64,000 nucleotides of DNA from Psammoneis japonica (taxonomy: Eukaryota): positions 1 through 64,000 of the forward strand of contig QPGO01000264.1 of the NCBI GenBank assembly GCA_008632985.1, written 5' to 3'. A program made the position numbers and the translations under genes. Of this stretch, positions 12,555 through 22,728 are shown piece after piece. Position 1 is the first letter of the stretch. Each line of letters starts with the position of its first letter. Below the pieces are notes generated by a model that was not told the DNA's origin, made no database searches, and saw only the letters and a list, made by a program, of their open reading frames with translations.

Positions 12555-12686
12555 TTGTGTCCACATTTCTTTCCTTCTCTTCTTCTTTTCTCTTTCATTT
12601 CCTTCTCTCTCTTTTCCCTTGCTGTTTTCCTCTTCTTCCGCGCTTCGCGCCAATCAAGTGCACGCTCCAGCAGCATGGAATCTTTG
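12555..12686 (+). mobile_element. Probable 3' terminus of the Dada-like element (pyrimidine tract plus terminal motif)
   Basis: CT-rich tract then CGCTCCAGCAGCATGGAATCTTTG-CC, same spacing as CGCTCCAGTAACATGGTATAAAAA-CC at 24833-24858. Confidence 0.55.
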
Positions 12687-13188
12687 CCAGACAGGATGTC
12701 CCACGTGGTGCAAACCCGATGGCGGCTTCGCGGCATGATTTTATTTGTTTGGCCACTTTGGCCATGCAAACGCTCGAAGTGACTTTGACATGTAAATCCC
12801 CGTGATCGGCCAAACACAGGGGAAATGCAGAAAGCATTCCAACGCTGCAACACAACAAAACGCACGAGTCTGTCTTGCATCCGAAGACAGTGCTGCACCC
12901 CAATCAAGGAAAACATGGCCGATCATCACCACGCATGCAACTGTGGTTACAAGGAATGTTCTGCTGTTGGATTTCAGCTTCAGATGCATCTCACAAGTGA
13001 AGAAGGGAACAAAGCACAACATGATGTTTGGGCGGATGCACCATGCCAATTCTCGTTCGACCCCGAGAAAAGCACTGTCAACAAATGGTTGCTTGTTCTT
13101 TCATCTGCGCACTGCTCACCTGGTGTCATGCAGCATCGCCAAACATCACTTCCCACGGGCGCTTCTTGAGAACCGCGGCACACACAAC

Positions 13189-16100
13189 ATGAGCAGCCAC
13201 ACCAAGTTGTTGATGCCTCGTGTGGCAAAGCGGACAGCAGACACAGATGATGGGAGGGCAAGGATCATGGAGGAATGTAATGCAGTGAGGGCAACCATCA
13301 AAGGAGCAGGAAAAACATTGGATGCAGAAGTGCTTGTGCTGTTTCATCATGCTCTTGAGTTAGAAGGCACCAACAAGGATGACACACGAATTGCACAAGC
13401 TCCTCTTGTGTCTGTTGGAGAAGCCAGCAAGCACCTTTTCTCTGGCAAGGAAGCTGATGCAGCACACAGGAATCGTGCCAACAAGCGTGCTGCTGCAATG
13501 CAAACTCCTGTCATTGATTCAAAGAAGCGTCGCGCTGCAATTGGTGAGCATGATGGCACTGCTGGTGGCAGCATGGTTTGTGACAGCACTGCTGGCAGCA
13601 GCATTGACACCACAAGTTCTGACGGAAAGCCGTCCATCACAGCAGCCACCATGACACCCGTTGTGCCCTCTTCCATTGCACCCGCCATGACACCAATGGA
13701 AAAATCAGGTGGTGCTGCTGGTGGCAGCATTGATCATGACGGTGCTGCTGGCAGTGGTGCTGTTGACGCCCCAAGTTCCGATGGAAAGCCGTCCATCACG
13801 GCAGCCGTTGTGACACCCGTTGTGCCCTCTTCCATCGCACCAGCCATCACACCAATGGAAAAAGCAGAGGAAGAAATGATGAGGAAGACGCCCTTCCCGA
13901 ATTAGTGGAAAGATGCCAGCCGAAAAGATCTTCCCCATCTGCCGCAACTCGGGTGAGTTCGAATCTCACAGCTGTGCCGGGCATTTCACCACTGCCTGTG
14001 GGCTCCCCTGACAATGTGCCAAGTGTCAAACAGCGCCATGACACCATGTGGTTGAAATTTGAAAGCTGCAATGGGGTGCTTGACAAATTGGAATCCCACA
14101 CAAATTTCAGAAGTTCTGTCCGATTGTTGCAAAAGCGCCATTTGAATTTTGACTGTGTGGAGCTTTCAAATGGGTCACATCTTTGTCCATGTGCTTGCAG
14201 TGCAAGCAGGGATGGTGATTCAAACAAACCTTGTAAAGGATGTTAGATTTTGAAACGCAGGAGCAAACTGGCTTCGGAAGCAGGCGGCAACGGAGTGCAC
14301 TCCGACAATTGCATGAACCTTCGGAACAACACATTGACAAACAAAATGAGGAAGGACAAAAGGAATCCCAAGCAAAGCTCACCTGCAACCACCATGTCTC
14401 CCGGCACAATGACCAAAGAGATTGAAAGGCTTCGAGCAAAGAGCTGCAATGACAGCTGACGGATCAAGCGATTGAAAGAAAAGCTGGAGAAGAAGAAGAT
14501 TGAAATTAATCTAGATGAGCATGAAGGTTTTGCCAAAGTGATCAAACAAGCAATGGAGCATTTCTCCAGAAACAAAGAAGCTGCCAGGCAGCTCATCATA
14601 AAATGCTTGCTTGAGGCCTCAGCAGAAGGGGAGTTCACGTCCACTGAGCAAGAGCAAAAGGATTGTGCAGAATTGCTTTCTAGAGAAACAGAAAACATGT
14701 CATTGGTGATGAAAGGAAAGGAGAAGCAGGTCAGGTTCTTGCCCAAATTGTGCAACATGGCGATCAACCTGTGGCTTCAGAGCAACAGAGGTCATGAAGA
14801 TTTTTGAAAAAACTCAATGGTCTGTCTTCCATCCATCACCCAACTCAGACACTACAAACAAGGATTTGCCATGCATGAGGGCAAGGCTCCTCAAGTTTGC
14901 TGCAGTGCAATTGACAACATTTTCAAGAACAAGCCAGCTGCCAATTGGGTTGGTCACCTTGAGTTTGACAAAATCAAGCTCCAGTCTGACTTTGTTTGGA
15001 ACTCCCGGGATGAAACGATTGTTGGCTTCTGTGGTGTGAGCAACTCAATTTCTTCTAAGAGCAGCTTGTTGAGATGATTTTGTCCAACTCTGATGGCGGC
15101 CCTGGGGATGCCAGTGAGGCTGAGGCAGCTTCTGGTGGTGCTGCAGGTGAGGCACGAGTTGACGAGGGCATGGACGATGACGAAGCGGGGGTCAATGAAG
15201 GCACGGATGGCACCCAAAAAGACAATGGTGCAAAGACAAAAGAGGGAATTTATGCAAATCAATGGCGCTTTAGATCAATCCATGGGGACACACACAATGC
15301 CGAGTGCTTTTTCAACAAAGGCAACCTCGACGGGGAAGAACATCACCACCTGCTATGAAATGGTTGGCATCAAAGTTTTTGGAGCTGTCTGCAATGGTGG
15401 AGGCGGCAACACTGGCTTGCTTTGGCTGCTGAGGGATGGAAAGTCGATTGAAAGTGACGATTTGTGGCTGGAAGAACTGGTCACGTTCAAGCATCCCGTG
15501 GACCCTGAGAGGTCACTTGTCATGTGGAACTGCTCAACACACAATTTCAAAGCAATGCAAAACAACCTCTGGCGAAGCAGACAGGGTGGAACACGAAATT
15601 TCACCAAGGGAGGGGACGGCACGTTCTTTGGTTGGGGGCAAATCAAAGCTTGCCATGACAGGGACGAAGCAAGGGAAAAGGCAGGGGGGCACTCAAGTCT
15701 GGGCTGACTCATCAAGTGGTCAACATTGACAGGCACACAAAGATGAATGCATCCCATGCAAAGGCAGTGTTCTTGGAAGAGACGTTGTCAGAGATGGTTG
15801 CTCATTGTGCGCGTGAACTGGGTTGCGTTCACTCACTCGGAGAGAAGACTTTTGACTGGGACTCAGGACGAGCTCACAAACCGCATGTTGAAAAAATGAA
15901 GGAACTCGCGAGGCAAGGGGCTGACAAGTCAGAGGTCCAATGCACTCTGGCTTGCGCAGAGTGCATTGCCAATGTTCACTCAATCTTCATCGCCCGACTG
16001 ATGAACAAAAAGTGGAAGACATCACTTGCAAGCACAGACAAAGATGAGCAGTCCATGAAAGATGCGCTGCAGTGTTTTGCTGATTGGATGGAAGAGAAGT

Positions 16101-17720
16101 CATTGCACAAGGGTGAGGAAGGCAAAGCCTGGAAAAAACACATGTTGGCAGACAAGACATGGCTCAACTTGCGAGTCAGAGCATGCGGTTTTTTCTGCTG
16201 TGCAAGAACCGTCCTCAATCTGCCCAACGGACCAAAGTTTGTGGCGGCACTTCACTCTGACTAGTCAGACATTGAGTCCCTCTTTTCTGGGACGCGCCGC
16301 ATGGGAGGTGACACCACAAGCAAATGCTGCACTGCCGTTTCATCCCTCAATGCCATCACCACCACCCAAGCCAAGAAAGGAAACAAGTGCCACCCAGTTG
16401 ACAACATGTCTCATGAAGAAAAACAAAAAGAAGACTCCAACCCAGTGGTGGGTGCCAATTTAAAACGATGTCAGCAAAAAGTGGACTCTTGGCACCGGCC
16501 AAAGGGGGACTCATGGTGCAGTGCGGATGAGCAAAGTGCAGATGAGCCCAGTTCCTCAACTCGGCCACAAACAGCAGTGAGGCAAAGGGGGGTGCAGAGG
16601 AAGAGTGTCATTGGCCAAATGGCTGGCCCATTCTTGAAGAGATGGTGTTGGAAAATGGAACATTGTTGGATGAGCTGTTGGAGGATGACAGCACGTTTCG
16701 TGAGTTCTCGATCCTGTCAGTCAACACGGATTTAGAAAGAGAGTTTCAGAACTTGCACGAGGGAATGGACAAGGATGGATTCAACCAGTGGGCAATGAAC
16801 ATGACGGAACTTGCATTCGCCATGTTCGACATCTCTTCCAGCTGTGCCAAGCAAAACCATCGTCGCAACTTCTGGCACCACATTTGGCAGAAGCACGGAA
16901 GCCATTCCATCATAGATTCAGCTGACGAGAGGCCACGGCGGATGCTAAAATCCATTCTGTTTCAATTGCATGCTCAGAGGATGCTTGATGAATGGGTGCC
17001 AAAGGCTCTTGACATTCTAAAACAGAAACTCCTTGACAGACAGTCAAGAGGGCTGGTTGCAAACCAGCCAACTCCCACTTCTGTCGACACGGCAAAATGG
17101 CTCTCTGCTGCCGCAGACACAAACAGATTTGTGGGGGGCACCCTTTACAACATGAAATCAAAGCACTGCACTGATGATGAGGCAGACAAAGAGGGTGGCA
17201 ATGATGGAGGGAATGCACAGAGCATCTCAAAGCTAAAGATTCTGTGCCAAATGAGTGCAACGGAGGAGGACATCGTGAGCGACGAGGTGCATTTGGAAAG
17301 ACATTGTTGCACGGAAGATCGCTTCTTCAACAAAGGGCAACTTGCATTGATGCACCCAAAATTTGTCATGCTTGCACACGAGACAGTGCATGAAGTTGCT
17401 GCGTTCATTGACGAGAGCAAAGTGTCAGAGAGACGAAACACAGTTGCCAAGGAAACACGAGAACACGCAATGGCCAACATGCCACGATGGGCTCAGACGT
17501 TTCAGCGACTCACCGGAGAAGCAAATGAGAAGAAGACTGGCTCCATGCTGAAGGAGTTGGTTGTAAAGACCATTCATGCTTGAATTGCTTTTGCTCTCAA
17601 GCGGTGTTGCTTGCTAAATTTCCAGCGCGGAGGCAAGAAAGAAAGCTCTGCGGCATTTAGACAAGAGCCAAAAGGAAAGGTCAAGGCTGTGGAGGCAAAA
17701 TCCAAGCCAAAGAAATGGAA
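13189..17720 (+). pseudogene. P-element/THAP9-family transposase, degenerate
   Basis: CLPSITQL, HLEFDKIKLQSDFVWNSRDETIVGF, AVCNGGGGN, CSTHNFKAMQNNL, DRHTKMNASHAKAVF, DIESLFSGTRRMGG; frameshifts and stops; 159-bp internal repeat at about 13545-13862. Confidence 0.7.
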
Positions 17721-18749
17721 CTCAAGTGTCAGACTTTAAAACAAGTGGCACTTGTTACACTGCTGCGATGACAAGACAAGTGAGACGTGCCAAAAGTGAA
17801 GAAGCAAATTCGATGTCTCTCAGGTGCGGCACTGTGCAGCAGGAACCTGGAACAAACAACAACGCATCTCAAATGTCAGCGTTGAAACAGGTGCAATTGT
17901 TTGCGACATGGAAACAAAAAGATGCATCACACACACACCATGAATGAAAGAAGAACGAGTCCAAGACTGATGCTTCCGGCTCGACAACCCAACGGCACCT
18001 TCAATCGATTCTGAACCAAAGTCCAAGCAACGCTCCAACTGGACCTGACGACACTGAAACGAGGAACATGCTGAAACAAGGGACATCTGCCCAACATTGA
18101 CATGTTCATGGCCGTGGTCTCGAGAGGTAGATTTATGTCGCAAGAAACTGCCAAATTGATGAAGATTGTTTGCAGCACCCAGCAATGCTCAGAATGGAGT
18201 GCTGCACTGCTTGCTCATGCATCGCGTTTTCGCGCCACCCACGGACTTAAATGCACCCAACGCTGACACAAAACAGAGTCAGCAATCACAGCAACAGACT
18301 CACAGTGAGCGCCAAATGCAATGAAACTGCTCAAGAGCAACAAAGCTGCCCCTCATGGAAAAACAACAAGGTTGCCATGCGGAAAAAAAAAACAAACCAG
18401 CAAACCAAAAAACAAGATGCAGCAGGCGACAAAATTGCACTTGCGTTGATTCCTTCCGGCATCAATCTTTCACAACGCCATTGCGGCTTTCAGAAGTGGA
18501 GATGCATTTGATGTGGTGTGGCACCGTTGAGTGTGAAGGGCGTCTTTCAACAGCAAATGCGGTTGTGTGTCGGGAAAACGCCGCAATCGCGCGCGAAACG
18601 TGCCAGGACAGACGCTGTGGAATTGGTGTCATTCCTGCAGATGTTGACAATGAACACTTTGTAGACTCCAGCAGATGAGAATAAACACACATTATTTTTA
18701 TCGCCACTTCTGCTGATGTCATCGCCAGTTTGCTGATGTCATCACCAAT

Positions 18750-18950
18750 CATGCTCAAATCATCGCCAATCGTGCTCAAAAGTGCTCACAAGTGCGCAAA
18801 TGTGCTCAAAAGTGCTCAAAAGTGCTCAAATGCTGCTCAAATGCTCAAATGTGCTCAAATGTGCTCAAATGCTGCTCAAATGCTGCTCAAATGCTCAAAT
18901 GCTCAAATGATGCTCAAATGATGCTGCTCGTGCTCAAATGCTGCTCAAAC
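18750..18950 (+). repeat. TGCTCAAA minisatellite (8-11 bp units); further patches at 19160-19213, 19522-19575, 20597-20700, 20910-20963
   Basis: Directly visible tandem tgctcaaa / tgtgctcaaa / tgctgctcaaa units. Confidence 0.95.
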
Positions 18951-19213
18951 AACAAGAACTCTCCTTGACACGGCGATGCCGAACGAAGAAGAAGCAAGGC
19001 CAAGTGCATCTCACTGAGCAGTGCAGTGCAGCCTGTTTCATCTTTACTTCAAATCAATCCAGCTAGCCAGTGGAGCAGCTCTCAGTGGCAGCAGCAGTGG
19101 TGCCGGCACAACAACTCGGTTTTCACTTGGCTCGCGCAAGTTGATCACTTTTTGGATCATGTGCTCAAATGCACGTGCTCAAATGTGCTCAAATTGCTCA
19201 CGCGTGCTCAAAT

Positions 19214-19521
19214 GAGACTGTCCAGATAGAAAGGCACACCCACACGCTCACGAGCTCCCAAAACATTTGTTGAGAAAAAGTGCACAGAGCACATTCGTGC
19301 ACCAAACATTTTTTTCTCATGCACAGACATGTTTTGTTGCCAACTGTCATTTCCGTTGAGATGTTTTGTCCGCCTTTATCAACAGAGAAATGTGAATCAA
19401 CAAACAACACATGCATGGCTGGAAAGCGCTCGACGAGAGCTTTCGATCGGTGTGCATGCCTGAAAATCAACCATGGGAGCTGTTTCGAGCTCCGGGTGTG
19501 CCTTTCTATCTGGCCAGTCTC
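19214..19521. mobile_element. MITE (308 bp), Sola-like
   Basis: 28-bp TIR GAGACTG(T/G)CCAGATAGAAAGGCACACCC; AAAT on both flanks (19210-19213, 19522-19525); GAG...CTC ends and a 4-bp TSD fit the Sola superfamily. Confidence 0.8.
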
Positions 19522-20141
19522 AAATGTGCTAAAAAGTGCTCAAATGTGCTCAAATGGGCTCAAAAGTGCTCAAAAGAATCGCCAAAATTGTTGGTGATCG
19601 AAATGAGCAGGGTCGGCGGTTGAAATGAGTTCAGTTGGCGAACATCTGTTGTTCATGCGTAGATGCACATAAGATTTTCATGTTAAAATCACAAATGAAT
19701 TTACCAGCTGCATGCATGCACGCATGTGATAAATTGTGACATCTGTCCTGGCACGTTTCGCGTGCAATCACGGCGTCTTCCGGTGGGTGGGAGTGATGTG
19801 ATGCGTTGTGTTTTTGTTCTGCTTCCCCCACGTTTGGCCCATCACGGGGATTGTCGTGTAAAAAGTCACTTCGACCTTTTGCATGGCCAAATAAATGAAA
19901 TCATGCCACGAAGTTGCCAAAGCTCAAGTGGCCACCTCGTGGCCGTGAGACATCCCGTCTGAATGTCATTTGTGTCCCTGGAGCTGACGTGTGACGTGTG
20001 CTGTAGAGAACAAAAACACAATGCCGTCTCCATCCACCCTTGGGGCTCACAGTGCATGTCACTGGATCTTTTGCTCGAGTTCTCGCAGTCTCGCATGTGA
20101 CTTTTGCACCAGCAGAGTCATCGTGCGCGGCACAAAAGACG

Positions 20142-21441
20142 CGCCAACATTCTTCTCACAAGAGGAAGCAAATGTCACATTTTCTGGTGTCGATCAAAGT
20201 CATCTCCTTGTTGATGGTGTCGCACAAGTTTTCCTGTGTCAACCCAATCGCAACGACCTTTCGACCTTTCAACAATGACAAGCAACAATGCCACCTGGAA
20301 GAAAGGCAGGCTCAAAAGACAAGAAGCCAAGGAAAAAACGGTGCTCCTTGACTGATGAACAGAGAGCTGAGCGGAACAGGAAAATTGCAGAGACGAAAGC
20401 ACGAAAGGCCCGAGAGGCTCGTCAGTGCTCATGGTGCACCGGTGTCAAAATGTCGGACTGCCTCCTGTCAGAATGCTGCCACCAACACAACCATTGCAGC
20501 TCCAAAAGCCAATGCAAAGGCTTTCCAAGGACAGGACATTTTGACACGTGGTTGATTGACAAGCTGCAGCTGCTTGTCGAGCACAACCATGGTGTCAAAT
20601 GCTCAAATGTGCTCAAATGTGCTCAAATGCTGCTCAAATGCTGCTCAAATGCTCAAATGATGCTCAAATGATGCTGCTCGTGCTCAAATGCTGCTCAAAC
20701 AACAAGGACTCTCCTTGACATGGCGATGCCGAACGAAGAAGAAGCAAGGCCAAGTGCATCTCACTGAGCAGTGCAGTGCAGCCTGTTTCATCTTTACTTC
20801 AAATCAATCTAGCTAGCCAGTGGAGCAGCTCTCAGTGGCAGCAGCAGTGGTGCCGGCACAACAACTCGGTTTTCACTTGGCTCGCGCAAGTTGATCACTT
20901 TTTGGATCGTGTGCTCAAATGCACGTGCTCAAATGTGCTCAAATTGCTCACGCGTGCTCAAATGAGACTGGCCAGATAGAAAGGCACGCCAACATTCTTC
21001 TCACAAGAGGAAGCAAATGTCACATTTTCTGGTGTCGATCAAAGTCATCTCCTTGTTGATGGTGTCGCACAAGTTTTCCTGTGTCAACCCAATCGCAACG
21101 ACCTTTCGACCTTTCAACAATGACAAGCAACAATGCCACCTGGAAGAAAGGCAGGCTCAAAAGACAAGAAGCCAAGGAAAAAACGGTGCTCCTTGACTGA
21201 TGAACAGAGAGCTGAGCGGAACAGGAAAATTGCAGAGACGAAAGCACGAAAGGCCCGAGAGGCTCGTCAGTGCTCATGGTGCACCGGTGTCAAAATGTCG
21301 GACTGCCTCCTGTCAGAATGCCACCACCGACACAACCATCGCAGCTCCAAAAGCCAATGCAAAGGCTTTCCAAGGACAGGACATTTTGACACGTGGTTGA
21401 TTGACAAGCTGCAGCTGCTTGTCGAGCACAACCATGGTGTC
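20142..21441 (+). repeat. Complex duplication: 20142-20596 repeated at 20987-21441, separated by a copy of about 18840-19236
   Basis: Near-identical sequence at offsets of 845 bp and 1750 bp. Confidence 0.95.
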
Positions 21442-22242
21442 CTCCTGCACCTGGGATGGACGAACTCGAGCAACTGCAAGTCGACTCCCAAGAGCTTCGA
21501 CACAACACCATTGCAAAACCTTGAGCTGCACCGGGCTGTTGAGACCATCCAGCTGGAGGTCGCCAATGGGAAAGACAATGGCACAACAGTGAGACTCACT
21601 CGAGAGCAAGCATGCCTTGCAAACGCAATGAACTCCACACTGCCACACTTGCCTGTTTGCGGCATCAACGAGATGAAACTCTTTGCCAAGCTCATTCCTG
21701 AATTTCCCTTTGACGCCTGTCCATTCAGTCTTGAGTGAGTGAAACACTGCAATGGGGCAACAATGTTCCCCAAACTTGTTGTCCATTTACAAATGTGTTT
21801 CGAAAGGTGGAAATGAAATCAAAACGCAAAGGATGCTGTTGGAGCCACAAAAACGGCATTTGACGTGCTTGCTGCATTGAACCACACCCTGTGCCCACCA
21901 ACAATGGCCAAGGATTTGACAGGAAACAATGGGCAATCCTCGCCCATGACAAACCAATGGCCAACCCCGCCAGCTCCTCGTGTGCTGGAACCGCCTTTGC
22001 CAATGGCCTGCCACAACCACCAAGTGACTGTTGTTGGTGGCACTGAGCAAACTGTGACAAACAATGCAAGAAGGAGAAAAGGTGAGCGCAGCACTGATGT
22101 GCGAAAATTAAAGAAAAGACGTTGCATGCGCTGTGTTCAATTCAAAGCCGAAGACAAGGTGATGAAGTGTCGAGGGCGGCATGCCAACATGGGACGAGAC
22201 AAATGCAAGAACTGTGATGAAAATGGAAGCCCAATCATTTGA
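21133..22242 (+). pseudogene. Internally deleted Dada-like transposase (N-terminus fused to the post-catalytic C-terminus)
   Basis: MPPGRKAGSKDKKPRKKR joined to LLSECHHRHNHR...GHFDTWLIDKLQLLVEHNHGV...RLTREQACLANAM, plus terminal RRCMRC...KCRGRH...KC; colinear with the 48625-50849 minus-strand copy. Confidence 0.75.
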
Positions 22243-22259
22243 GAACAGTGGCGTGCAAA

Positions 22260-22728
22260 CCACATGCCTTGTGTGCACTGCAATTGTGTGACAGCACGTC
22301 TTCATGGCAGTGGAGGATCATTTTTTCCCAACGATGACTGTCGCCAAGGTCAAATGCTGATTCACCCTGTCACGGCAGCAGCGTGCACTCAAAAGCCAGA
22401 TGATTCAGGCTGTGATGAGCACACTCGTACAATGTTGCCCTTGAAACTGTGTTGGGCGATGACCATTTGGAAGGCTCAAGGACAAACCATCAAGTCCCAT
22501 TTTGTCATCGATTTGTCCAACCATGAGAAGGAGCACGGTTTGACCCACACTGCTTTTTCCCGAGCCCAACCCCTTTCAGATGTTGGATTGGTCGACGGTG
22601 TTCCTTCCTGTTGTCAAAGCCATGGAATGCCAAGGATGGCCATGTTTGAAACTCTTGAGTCCAGTCCTGCAGTTGTTTCCGACCAGTTTTCACAATGGAT
22701 CTCGCTCAAAGGCAAGAACTCAGCGTGA
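22260..22728 (+). pseudogene. PIF1-family helicase C-terminal fragment (Helitron RepHel-like)
   Basis: RTMLPLKLCWAMTIWKAQGQT...VIDLSNHEKEHGLTHTAFSRA, matching PIF1 motifs V-VI with Y->H in the GLxYxAxSR motif. Confidence 0.8.

Larger units (their letters stand above)
18570..19783. mobile_element. Nested non-autonomous TIR element carrying the TGCTCAAA satellite
   Basis: About 42-bp inverted repeat: 18571-18612 (CGGGAAAACGCCGCAATCGCGCGCGAAACGTGCCAGGACAGA) versus 19742-19783; TG on both flanks. Confidence 0.55.
12688..19961 (+). mobile_element. P-element-like DNA transposon with about 160-bp imperfect TIRs
   Basis: 12688-12845 (CAGACAGGATGTC...GGCATGATTTTATTTG...GAAGTGACTTT...ATCCCCGTGATCGGCCAAAC) matches the reverse complement of about 19800-19961; encloses a P-type transposase; no TSD found. 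Confidence 0.75.

Noticed and set aside
18750..18950. TGCTCAAA tract as a telomeric repeat or coding repeat
   Set aside because: Variable unit length, internal to a TIR element, no G-rich telomere motif
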